A stretch of DNA of 64,000 nt from positions 14,842-78,841 of IMG/VR virus record IMGVR_UViG_3300010149_000002; one strand, written 5' to 3'. The number at the start of each line of letters is the position of its first letter. The first letter of the stretch is position 1. This document shows, in pieces, positions 55,077 through 64,000 of the stretch. The stretch comes from a virus. Both the position numbers and the translations under genes were made by a program. The notes under the pieces are model-generated. The model ran no database searches. It worked only from the letters and a program-made list of their open reading frames with translations, and was not told where the DNA came from.

Positions 55077-58000
55077 CTAGACACTCGTAGTAATTGCTCT
55101 AAACTTAATAAAACCTTCTATAAATCCTGTATATAAATTTGAACTGTACTGTACTTGTCCATTATTATTTACACTAAATTTGATTAACGTATCATCCCCA
55201 TTAGATTCAATAGTATAGTCCCATTCCGATTCTTTATTTATACCATGTATAGTAATTTTTTCATAAAGGTTAGTAGATGCATTTATTTCTACAGAAATTT
55301 CAGCAACAAATGATCTAACAACTAAAGGGTCGAATACTAAGCCAGTTACATTTGTTCCAGTTTGGCTCTCTAATAAACTGTAGAAACTTTCTTGAAGATC
55401 TCCCGAACTAATTTTACTTTCGTACCAAATATCGGCTCTATCGTCAGTATGGTACTGTAAGTGATCGTCATTTAAAAGTCCTGATAGTAAACTATGTGTA
55501 GTAGCTTCTCCGGCAGGAGTATATAATTGTGTTCCTCTAAAATCTATATAGTTTGCTGAACCAATAGGTTCTACTTTAGCTTTAACACTATTTCCATAAC
55601 TTGAAGAAGTTTTTAAAATTACAGTACCTATTGCTACAAACTCAACAAAAGGAATACCAGACAAAGAACTTATTTCAGTACTAGCAGCATCTTTTGCATC
55701 TGGAGAGTTATTGTAAACATTTGTACCTTGTATAGCTACTATAGGATTATCTTTGTCATTTGTTGCAAATAAATGAACAAGTACAAATTCGTTATTTGCT
55801 GCTTCTGTAAGCTGCCATGATGTTCCATTAAATTCATTATATGGTACATTAGTACCAGTATACCCTGCCGTACCTGAGTATATAAATGGAAATGCATCAG
55901 ATGCTTTTTTTCTCCATAAACTACCTTGTCTATATAGCACTGGTATCTGAGATTGAGATGGACTTTGAATTACTAAGTCCTCATCTCTGATTGAACCACC
56001 ATCAGCAGTAAACTGAGCATGAGAGTCTAAACTACCGTTACCAATAGTAAAGTTTTCTAAAGCATGTCCGGATAAGTACCTTGCTCCAAAAGTGGTGTGT
56101 AAATATCCATGAGTAGCACCGTCCATTTGAAGACCATGTCTTTCCTCGGCAAAATATATATGAGCATTTACTTCCGGATTCCAATATACAATAGATATTA
56201 AAGCATTTTCTGTAAATAAACTTTCAGAAATAACTTGAGTAGTGCTTAATACTCCATTTTCGTCATAGTAAAAATAATGGTTTCCGGATTGAGTATTGTC
56301 AATTTGGATTGACTCTGCACTAGACTTTGTAAACTTAGTTCCTTTAACATAAAAATCAAATGATCCAGAAACCGGAGATATTGTCAGTGTATATGTAACA
56401 TCGTCAAAAGCAATAGCACTTGTGGCTATATCAGCAAAACCAGTAGGCTCATTTGTAACTTCAAATATTTCTGAAACATTTCCAGAAGATGTTGATAGAC
56501 CATCGATATCGGATTGAAGCTCGTTTACCGCACTTTGGAGATCAGTAGCACTTAAATTACCACTAGGTACGTTAGTAATTGCAGAAGCAGTATGTGCATC
56601 ATCAATGTCGTCTAGGTGTGTCTGTAAATTAGAAGAGTTACTACTTATGTTGGATTCAGCAGTATTTAGTCTATCTTCAACTTCATCAATAGCAGCTTGA
56701 GCGTCAGTAGCAACTAATCCTGAAGAACTATTATCATATGTTACATCAATAGCATCGTGTGCTTGTGTACTGTTTATATGAGTTTGTAAATCTGACTCAT
56801 TAGCTTTCTTTATCCTAAGCTCAACATTGTGTTTTACAGGATCAGAATATAGACCTAATTCTTGGACCATATATTGAACATCTCCTACAGGTTCTGCAGA
56901 GTTTGATCCAAATGATATAGTTAGAACTGGCTCTGAAGGATCTAGATCTCCTATAGAATTTACAGAACTATACGTTAATTCTATTCTAGGAAGTTCTGGG
57001 TGTATATTAGGATTTTCTCCAAAATATACTACATATTTTTGACCTGCTACTATTGAAGGATTTGCAGGTTCACTGTATACAGCTCTTGAGTGTGCGAATC
57101 CCGGAAAAATATCACCACTTCCAGTAGGGAATGTATATATCGATAGTATAGGAGTAGAAGCCGCACTATCAAATTCCATTACTGCATATGCAGATGTTTC
57201 TCCTAAAGTTACAGTACCTTGAGTAGTTCCATCAAAATAATACCAATTTATTTTATCTCCAGAATTTTGATTAGTATAATACCAACCATCTCTATCGAGT
57301 CCAGTAGGATCAATTACACCAGAATCTGCATCTGCAAATGCTAAAGCATTGTCTTCATATAAATGATATTGTCTAAATAAATCCCTTTCGTTTAATTCGT
57401 CTAGAGCTTCTTTTACGTTATTAGAAAATAAACCAGATACAATATTATTATACGATACGTCATCAGAATCCATGCTAATTGAATTAGTACCTGTAGCAGA
57501 AGTAGCATCTATTGTTTTACTTTCTAATATTTGATTATCATTAACAGTTACTATTTCAGATTCACTACCAACTTCTCCTGCTTTAAACTTAGACTCTAAG
57601 GAGCTGTCATAAGCGATCTGAGCGTTTGTAGCATCAGACATATCAACAGTAAGCCCTGCACCTTGCAAATCAGCAGAAGATTGATTACCGCCCTTATTTA
57701 ACGTAACATTAGCGTCTTCTACATCTAAAGTGCTTGTGTTTACTGTAGTAGTGTTCCCATTGACAGTTAAATCACCATCTATAGTTAAGTCATTTACTCC
57801 GGTAACATTATTTGAATCATCTACTATAATACCAGTATCTTGTAGTTGACCTTCAATTCCATCAAACTTAGATAGAGCGTTATCAGTAGATGAAACTTTG
57901 TCTACTTTAGTATCCAATTCATCCTGAGTTTTTTGAGATGACCATAAAGAGTCTGGGCTAGTTACAGCATCATTTAGCGGTTTATGTTCATTTTGGTCAA

Positions 58001-58223
58001 AATTTTGTAACTGATCATGGTCAATTTGAGTTTGATCAATGTCGATTTCAAGTTTTTCTGTTGTTCCCGGATTTAAAGTTTGTACTGTAAGTTTATTCGA
58101 ACCTACTATTACCTTTTCTTCTAAAAAACCAGAACTAGAGTCATCAGAGGAAACTTTAACTTTTTTATCATCAATTCCTCCTGCTCCTCCGCCTAAGTTC
58201 AATCTTATATAAGTATTTGCCAT
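55077..58223 (-). CDS. Tail fibre protein (mosaic)
   Basis: GDLTVNGNTTTVNT, HxAxxI...LxATDxQxAIxE and DDHLQY fibre motifs. Confidence 0.8.
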   Translation of the reverse strand: MANTYIRLNLGGGAGGIDDKKVKVSSDDSSSGFLEEKVIVGSNKLTVQTLNPGTTEKLEIDIDQTQIDHDQLQNFDQNEHKPLNDAVTSPDSLWSSQKTQDELDTKVDKVSSTDNALSKFDGIEGQLQDTGIIVDDSNNVTGVNDLTIDGDLTVNGNTTTVNTSTLDVEDANVTLNKGGNQSSADLQGAGLTVDMSDATNAQIAYDSSLESKFKAGEVGSESEIVTVNDNQILESKTIDATSATGTNSISMDSDDVSYNNIVSGLFSNNVKEALDELNERDLFRQYHLYEDNALAFADADSGVIDPTGLDRDGWYYTNQNSGDKINWYYFDGTTQGTVTLGETSAYAVMEFDSAASTPILSIYTFPTGSGDIFPGFAHSRAVYSEPANPSIVAGQKYVVYFGENPNIHPELPRIELTYSSVNSIGDLDPSEPVLTISFGSNSAEPVGDVQYMVQELGLYSDPVKHNVELRIKKANESDLQTHINSTQAHDAIDVTYDNSSSGLVATDAQAAIDEVEDRLNTAESNISSNSSNLQTHLDDIDDAHTASAITNVPSGNLSATDLQSAVNELQSDIDGLSTSSGNVSEIFEVTNEPTGFADIATSAIAFDDVTYTLTISPVSGSFDFYVKGTKFTKSSAESIQIDNTQSGNHYFYYDENGVLSTTQVISESLFTENALISIVYWNPEVNAHIYFAEERHGLQMDGATHGYLHTTFGARYLSGHALENFTIGNGSLDSHAQFTADGGSIRDEDLVIQSPSQSQIPVLYRQGSLWRKKASDAFPFIYSGTAGYTGTNVPYNEFNGTSWQLTEAANNEFVLVHLFATNDKDNPIVAIQGTNVYNNSPDAKDAASTEISSLSGIPFVEFVAIGTVILKTSSSYGNSVKAKVEPIGSANYIDFRGTQLYTPAGEATTHSLLSGLLNDDHLQYHTDDRADIWYESKISSGDLQESFYSLLESQTGTNVTGLVFDPLVVRSFVAEISVEINASTNLYEKITIHGINKESEWDYTIESNGDDTLIKFSVNNNGQVQYSSNLYTGFIEGFIKFRAITTSV

Positions 58224-58225
58224 TT

Positions 58226-58579
58226 TTAATGCCTTCTTTTTCCGCTATATATTAACTTATCAATATCAATTGATCCTGAATTTACTTCGATCTTAACTCT
58301 AATATAAATTACTCCAGATTCTGGAATATCATAAATATGAGTACCAGTAGAATCTGTAATATTTTGGTCAGAGTCTGTAATTTCTGAAAAGTTTTCTCCA
58401 TCCACAGAAGCTTCTAGCTTTATAACCATGTCAACATTTACTCCATTAGAGTAATTAATTTGTACAGAAAATCCATCTTCTCTGTTATCTATGTCAACTT
58501 TTTCTGAAAGGTATTCTGTGTTTACAGTAAAGTCTTCTTCAATTGTTCTTTTTAAAATACCGTCTAGTACTTGTCCCAT
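58226..58579 (-). CDS. Structural protein
   Basis: LEASVDGENF and YIRVK motifs. Confidence 0.65.
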   Translation of the reverse strand: MGQVLDGILKRTIEEDFTVNTEYLSEKVDIDNREDGFSVQINYSNGVNVDMVIKLEASVDGENFSEITDSDQNITDSTGTHIYDIPESGVIYIRVKIEVNSGSIDIDKLIYSGKRRH

Positions 58580-58585
58580 ATTATC

Positions 58586-58831
58586 CTACTTCTTTATCTT
58601 AGGTAGCTTGACTGATGCTAACATATCAACTATAAATGCGGTCATCTTGTAAGCTTTACTTTTCATAATCTTATGTAGCTTCTTGTCATCATCTTCTTCA
58701 AGAGTTAGTTCTACATATCTACCAAGTATTGCAAATACTGGCTTAAATACAATTCTACAAAGAACCATAACAGCAACAACGTGTTGTAGCCAAGGGTATT
58801 GTTGTAAAAGAAATGTAACTTGATCAATCAT
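58586..58831 (-). CDS. Holin-like membrane protein
   Basis: TM segment, T..DD..L motif, basic tail. Confidence 0.5.
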   Translation of the reverse strand: MIDQVTFLLQQYPWLQHVVAVMVLCRIVFKPVFAILGRYVELTLEEDDDKKLHKIMKSKAYKMTAFIVDMLASVKLPKIKK

Positions 58832-58839
58832 TTTTACTC

Positions 58840-59313
58840 CTATTTTGGAAACTTCATTTGCTTGTATTCTTCAAATGATAGTATTTTCCATGTATGTATA
58901 TTTTCGTCTTTATAATCGTTTTTCTTATTTCTAACGTATTCTCTATATTTTCTGTAATGTCCTCTAGTTTCTGTATTTATTGGGACATCCGGTAATTGAG
59001 TATAGTCAGTGTCTTTTAGTATTTTTAATCTAGCTTTTTTAAAGTCTTGCCAGTGGGCATTTACTGAAGAAACATCATAGTCAAAATACTCTACTTTATA
59101 TTCTGCAGGGAATTGTAACTTATAAGTTGTTCCCATTGGAGTTTCTTGTTTACCAAGTACTTTAGCCCCATCTAGCTCTGTAGGTGCGTACATTATCTTC
59201 TCGTCTGCACCTTTATGCTTGTGGTTTCTAACCCAATTCTCTGCTTCTTCTTGTGTGTCGAAGTTAGCAGCAAATTCTCTATTGTTTTTTAGGTTAGTTA
59301 TCTTTACAAACAT
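58840..59313 (-). CDS. Tail fibre assembly chaperone-like protein
   Basis: RLKILKDTDYTQLPDVP...YREY motif. Confidence 0.7.
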   Translation of the reverse strand: MFVKITNLKNNREFAANFDTQEEAENWVRNHKHKGADEKIMYAPTELDGAKVLGKQETPMGTTYKLQFPAEYKVEYFDYDVSSVNAHWQDFKKARLKILKDTDYTQLPDVPINTETRGHYRKYREYVRNKKNDYKDENIHTWKILSFEEYKQMKFPK

Positions 59314-59568
59314 CTAACACTTCCATGCTTTACGACTCCAATAGTTTGCACTAAATTTGTCATTCTTACCTTTTATCCCACCGCTTCTTGCACAGTAGGA
59401 TTTTCTTCTATCTGGATCACTAGTACCATCTGGCATTGAGTGACCAAACCTTACAATCTTTTCTTTACCATCTTTACAAGCTTTTACTACTTTATTCTTA
59501 GAACCTTGCTTGTCTCTTTTAGGTTGATTGCATTTTAATTTGTCTTTTAATTTACCCCACTTTGCCAT
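59314..59568 (-). CDS. Small basic DUF6321-like protein
   Basis: KIVRFG..RRKSYCARS..SANYWS..W motif. Confidence 0.65.
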   Translation of the reverse strand: MAKWGKLKDKLKCNQPKRDKQGSKNKVVKACKDGKEKIVRFGHSMPDGTSDPDRRKSYCARSGGIKGKNDKFSANYWSRKAWKC

Positions 59569-59593
59569 TGTTTTTACTCCGTAGTAAAGCTAA

Positions 59594-61603
59594 TTATTTT
59601 ATTCTCGCTATGGAAAAAGTGTTAAATTCACTAATAGCCTGAAGACTTACTGTATTTCCTCTATTATATCGTATATCTATAACATCATTTTTATTTAATA
59701 GTAGAATATCGCTAACAGTTACGCTGTCATCATCACCATTGTCAACATTTTGTGCAGTAATAGTTGTGCCGTTTACAGCTATTACGGTACCTTTTGGGAA
59801 AAGTTCATTAACTCTTATTCTTGCATTTATTGTATAAAGTCCAGTAACAGGTACTGTATATTCACCAGTTGATGAATCATACGCATTATGTGTATCATAG
59901 TCCTTGTCTTCGTAAACAATCGTTGTACCACTACCTATTCCGGATTGACCACTATCACTAGTATACCTTGCAGCTACAGTTTCTGTCTCTAGGATTGTCT
60001 GTGGTGATGTTAGTTTTTGTATATCTAAAAAACAATAAACTTCTGTTTGTGCTGAATTTGAAGTTGTTGATCTAGCAAATATAGCAATTTCATCTCCTTT
60101 TACTAAGTCTAAAATAGAAGTAACTACAGGGTTAGAATTAGGATCAGACCTTTGTATATTTCTAGCAATCTCTACTCCATTTTTTCTTAAAGATGCAAAA
60201 CATATATCAGTAGTTCCAGCAATGTTAAATGAACCGTTAATTAGGTAAGTTCCTGATTCTGGAGCTGTAAATATACCTGTTGAACTATCATACGAGTTTG
60301 TACTATCAACTTGAACCTCTTCGTATACAAAAATAGATGTTGTGTTATTTACAGTCTGTCCATTATTACTAACTGCTCTTAATCTGACTTCCCTACCACC
60401 TAAATCTTCACTAGAAACAGCGTTAGAAGACCAACCTTGTATTGGGATTGTTGCTTCAATAGATATTCTCTCACTACTAGCCACCATTTGAGTTGATAAT
60501 CTAGGTTCTAAAGGATTAAAATTACTAGTTTGATTGTTTACCGAAAAGTTTAAAAATGAATCCCCATCTGTTGCTAAAATCGTAAAAGAATTAGAAGAAG
60601 TAACGGAAGAGTCCCTTCTAAAAGTACCAACTTTTAATATAGAGTTATTTTCAGTACCTACCACCAAAGATTGAGGTAAAGTCATTTCTGTCTCTGTGGC
60701 AGAAGTTGTTCCTGTTGTAAAGTCTCCAAGTATTTCTAAATTTTGTCCAACTCTTCTATATTTTATATCTATATTAGTAACTGTACCTAGACCTGTAAAT
60801 GTAGGCGTATAACTTACCCAATCTGTAACCAAGCTACCATATGCAACTTCTCTTGGACCAACTTTTACGTCATCAATAAATATATCATATCCAGTAACAT
60901 CAGCGTTATTAACTCTAAAAACTAGTTCATATTCATCAATAATTGCATCTGTCTGGAACTGGGCGATATGTGTTCCTTTACCTCCCTTTAAATCTTCGTT
61001 ATTTACTCTAATATCTTCTGGTGTTCCATTAGGGTCTTTTCTAACATATAACCTAATGTAGTCATCTTGATAACCAGCATCACTTGTATCATATTCAAAT
61101 TGTATTGTTAGTTTTTTTGCTAGATCAGCTCTATCAACTGTAAATGGAACAGTAACTTCTTCGTCAGTAGCATCAGTAACAGCTTTTGTTATTTTAGCAG
61201 AAGCAGAACCTCTTAGTACTTCTGTCGAAACTTCTGTTTTTGTTATAGTTAGATTCGTATCACCAGTATAACCAGATGTATCTAGTTCAAAATCAGAGTT
61301 CTCTATATAGTTAACACCATCAGCATTACTACCTAATACAATAAGTTGTCCATCAACTACTTGATACATTTCTTTATTATCTGTTGCATATACAATTTGT
61401 CCATTATCGGCACTTGCTGCATATGTTTCAAGATTTGCAAAACTATCTCGTTTAACATCAAGCTTAGACGGATTATCTATTTCCGAAGTACTTATAGTAA
61501 CTCCATCAATAGAATTTGTACTATCTATAGTTTTGTTTTGTAATGTTTGAGCACTATCTAAATCTATATTAGTAGGTGCTGTTTTACCGCTAGAAAAGCC
61601 CAT
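59594..61603 (-). CDS. Tail fibre with tandem C1q-like domains
   Basis: YDSSTGIFTAPESGTY and YDSSTGEYTVPVTGLY motifs. Confidence 0.75.
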   Translation of the reverse strand: MGFSSGKTAPTNIDLDSAQTLQNKTIDSTNSIDGVTISTSEIDNPSKLDVKRDSFANLETYAASADNGQIVYATDNKEMYQVVDGQLIVLGSNADGVNYIENSDFELDTSGYTGDTNLTITKTEVSTEVLRGSASAKITKAVTDATDEEVTVPFTVDRADLAKKLTIQFEYDTSDAGYQDDYIRLYVRKDPNGTPEDIRVNNEDLKGGKGTHIAQFQTDAIIDEYELVFRVNNADVTGYDIFIDDVKVGPREVAYGSLVTDWVSYTPTFTGLGTVTNIDIKYRRVGQNLEILGDFTTGTTSATETEMTLPQSLVVGTENNSILKVGTFRRDSSVTSSNSFTILATDGDSFLNFSVNNQTSNFNPLEPRLSTQMVASSERISIEATIPIQGWSSNAVSSEDLGGREVRLRAVSNNGQTVNNTTSIFVYEEVQVDSTNSYDSSTGIFTAPESGTYLINGSFNIAGTTDICFASLRKNGVEIARNIQRSDPNSNPVVTSILDLVKGDEIAIFARSTTSNSAQTEVYCFLDIQKLTSPQTILETETVAARYTSDSGQSGIGSGTTIVYEDKDYDTHNAYDSSTGEYTVPVTGLYTINARIRVNELFPKGTVIAVNGTTITAQNVDNGDDDSVTVSDILLLNKNDVIDIRYNRGNTVSLQAISEFNTFSIARIK

Positions 61604-61612
61604 TATAATCTC

Positions 61613-62272
61613 CTAAATATTATTTACCCAACATCTGTTTTGAAGTGTAAATCTTACGTTTTCTATTTTATTATCTATTGTCTTAACTTTTGTTACACAA
61701 TGCTTAAATCTACTCGGAAAAAGTATTGCAGTTCCTTTCTTATAAGGATATTTTATAGTTTCTAATTTCTCACCAATGACTCTATCACTATTAGGTCTTT
61801 TAACTTGATTACTCAGTATAAAGTCTCCACCGGTAAACGAAGGGTTTCTACTAATCATTACATTTGTTGTAACTATTCCTAAATCACCATGCCATTTATA
61901 ATAATCACCATCTCTAAAACCTGCAAGTAATGAGTAACTACTATCAGTATCATTCATTAAAGAAAAAGAACTAGATGAACCACATGAATCATAAAACTCT
62001 CTCATTTCTTCTGAAAACAATCTTTTATTAATTACAGTTTGTTCTAAGTAGGATAAATCAATTTGATCACCATAATGAGCATGTAAGTTTAAATTTAAAC
62101 ACTTTTTAAACTCTTCTATAACTCTAGAACCTTTACCATCATTATATTCCCCTTCAAACATAGCATGGTATAAGTTATAAAGTTCCCTTTCAACTTCAAT
62201 TAGGTCTTCTTCATTAAGAAAATCCTCTATAACAATATGTTCAACTGGATGTTTAACTAATCTAGCTTTCAT
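61613..62272 (-). CDS. 2OG-Fe(II) oxygenase
   Basis: WHGD, FTGGDF, LFPS..HCVTKV, RFT. Confidence 0.85.
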   Translation of the reverse strand: MKARLVKHPVEHIVIEDFLNEEDLIEVERELYNLYHAMFEGEYNDGKGSRVIEEFKKCLNLNLHAHYGDQIDLSYLEQTVINKRLFSEEMREFYDSCGSSSSFSLMNDTDSSYSLLAGFRDGDYYKWHGDLGIVTTNVMISRNPSFTGGDFILSNQVKRPNSDRVIGEKLETIKYPYKKGTAILFPSRFKHCVTKVKTIDNKIENVRFTLQNRCWVNNI

Positions 62273-62738
62273 ACTTCTCCACTGTAACCTCTTTAACAAT
62301 AGACTCGCTCACAACTTGAAAATTATATGTAACATCTTTTCTTTCAATTTGTGGAAAATCTTCTGGTGCATCAATATCATTTTTATAATTTTCATAAACC
62401 TTACATTGCTCTATACCATACTTAGATATTGCAATACTCATCAGATTTATTTCTTCAGCAGAGTAGTTCTCTTCCCTTTCATGATCTTCCATAGAAGTCC
62501 AAGATATTTCATCTGTTACAGCCTCATAACCAATAACTTGTTTTTTAAATATGATCTTATCTTCACTTTCATTTAATTCAAATTTTATAAATTCAAAGTC
62601 ATAACTAAAATCATCTTCTTTAATTACATATATGTCGCAATCTACTGGTATATTATTTTGAATAGTTTGCTTGAAAAAAGATATACTTCTCACATTTTCC
62701 CAAAAACGAATTTTATGACTAATTGTAAATACTTTCAT
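62262..62738 (-). CDS. Hypothetical protein
   Basis: Coupled ORF. Confidence 0.65.
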   Translation of the reverse strand: MKVFTISHKIRFWENVRSISFFKQTIQNNIPVDCDIYVIKEDDFSYDFEFIKFELNESEDKIIFKKQVIGYEAVTDEISWTSMEDHEREENYSAEEINLMSIAISKYGIEQCKVYENYKNDIDAPEDFPQIERKDVTYNFQVVSESIVKEVTVEKYES

Positions 62739-62740
62739 TA

Positions 62741-63739
62741 TTAACTTGTCCTATTAACATTTCTTTCAAGAGTAAACGACCCCTGTAAACCAGATTGTCC
62801 TGCAGAACCAACGGTAGATACTTCAGAGCCAGAACTTGACTCATCTGGACCTCTAGCACCACCAGAACCTCCTGAGCCTGCCCCAACATTTACAGATGGA
62901 TTAAAAACAGGTGTTTGAGCGAATATATGTCCACCAGAACCGCCTGCTCCTCCGCCGCCACCGCCGCCTCCCATGGATTCACCACCAGATGTATTACCAC
63001 CTCCGTTACCTCCATTGAAACCGTTTGTACCAGAAACATTTACGATACCCGTACCTTGTATTGCTTCATTACACATTAAATAAACTATCTTACCATGGAA
63101 GCCTTTTTGACCGCCACCGCCGCCACCGCCGCCATTTTCGGGACCACCTCCGCCGCCTCCAGAACCTCCGCCTTCTCCACCTCTTCCGCCTGAAGAACCG
63201 GGTGTACCATTATCACCCTTTCCTTGAGTAAAATTTCCTGTTCCGCCTGCACCAACACTTTGACCGTTTCCGTTTCCATTATTACTTCCACCTCGTCCGC
63301 CTGTTCCTGCACCGCCGCCACCGCCGCCACCGCCGCCGTAACCGTTAGTCCCTGCACCACCCGGAGCATTATTAGAATGTTCATGGGCACCCCTTCCGCC
63401 TGCACCGCCGTTACGTTGTGTAACTGTTAGAGAATAAGGTATGCCCGATGTGAACGTAGAGTTATTTGTAAAACTATTTGTTTCAATATTCCTAGCGTTA
63501 ATAGTTCCATTAATTATAAAACTTGTTTTAGCTAGAATTTCTGTTGTATCTGTAGATGTGTTATCAATCTCTAAAACACCACCAGCTTGTATATCAATAT
63601 TATCATATTGGTAAACTTGACCAGAAGTTAATACTACTGTTTCACCGTTTAGTATTGTTAAATCACCATCAACACCAGTTGCATATGGTGCTGGTCCTGC
63701 TTTCTTTTTAATGTAAGAAAAAGGTCTACTTGATTTCAT
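62741..63739 (-). CDS. Glycine-rich tail fibre/receptor-binding-like protein
   Basis: Extensive GGGGG/GxG polyglycine repeats. Confidence 0.7.
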   Translation of the reverse strand: MKSSRPFSYIKKKAGPAPYATGVDGDLTILNGETVVLTSGQVYQYDNIDIQAGGVLEIDNTSTDTTEILAKTSFIINGTINARNIETNSFTNNSTFTSGIPYSLTVTQRNGGAGGRGAHEHSNNAPGGAGTNGYGGGGGGGGGAGTGGRGGSNNGNGNGQSVGAGGTGNFTQGKGDNGTPGSSGGRGGEGGGSGGGGGGPENGGGGGGGGQKGFHGKIVYLMCNEAIQGTGIVNVSGTNGFNGGNGGGNTSGGESMGGGGGGGGAGGSGGHIFAQTPVFNPSVNVGAGSGGSGGARGPDESSSGSEVSTVGSAGQSGLQGSFTLERNVNRTS

Positions 63740-63740
63740 A

Positions 63741-63998
63741 TTAGATTAAATCCTTTACTTCTGTTATATATAATTTATCATTTGATCTTACTATTGTAAA
63801 AACTGTTTCAGTTAAAGCTGTAACAATTCCTGAATAATCGGAACTAACTTTTACACCAACAGGAAAAGTAATAGTATGATCACTTGCATCTGTATTATTA
63901 ACTATTAAATTTATTACTTGACCATTTACATCATTAGTAAAAGTAAATGTTATATCAGTAGTTACATCTTTATAGAATACTGCATTTGTATTCCAATC
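63741..63998 (-). CDS. C-terminal part of a tail fibre protein (partial)
   Basis: Open frame from window end: DWNTNAVFYKDVTTDITFTF...TITFP. Confidence 0.6.
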   Translation of the reverse strand, partial: DWNTNAVFYKDVTTDITFTFTNDVNGQVINLIVNNTDASDHTITFPVGVKVSSDYSGIVTALTETVFTIVRSNDKLYITEVKDLI

Positions 63999-64000
63999 AA

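Noticed and set aside
34114-63430. Numerous + strand ORFs overlapping the late genes (and - strand ORFs in the early arm)
   Set aside because: Antisense shadows of long genes, with no RBS and Ser/Phe/Leu-biased composition
1-64000. Stop-codon reassignment
   Set aside because: Genes are intact and densely packed under the standard bacterial code, and all three stop codons terminate genes

Overview
AT-rich fragment of a dsDNA tailed bacteriophage with a podovirus-like virion module. No portal, terminase, major capsid protein or integrase is visible in the window. Positions ~1-34 kb are transcribed on the + strand: a regulatory region, small early genes (SprT-like protease, pentapeptide-repeat protein, Gp88-like protein, RIIA/RIIB, a PhaR-like DNA-binding protein), recombination and replication genes (PD-(D/E)XK nuclease, ERF, DnaB-like helicase, AEP-like primase, PolA), nucleotide metabolism genes (dUTPase, class II RNR, DUF5664 diphosphohydrolase), two ClpP-like proteases and HNH nucleases. 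Positions ~34-64 kb are - strand structural genes: ejection proteins, GNAT, tail tubular A/B, several fibres, a chaperone and a 2OG-Fe(II) oxygenase. The most unusual signals are non-coding. (1) Nine exact sigma-54 (-24/-12) elements TGGCA-N6-TTGCW lie within the first 13.3 kb, five of them inside ORFs. (2) A ~360-nt hairpin-dense candidate ncRNA sits between two copies of a duplicated regulatory module. (3) A promoter-driven RNA cassette contains a tRNA-Pro-like molecule whose expanded anticodon region is complementary to the upstream RNA. (4) Four sigma-70 promoters share a TGTAA-N3-TTACA operator. (5) A phage-specific late-promoter motif, TTTAACAACTATAG, occurs four times. The host is inferred, not shown, to be an AT-rich RpoN-containing Gram-negative bacterium such as a member of Bdellovibrionota. 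All family assignments come from motif recognition by eye, not database searches.
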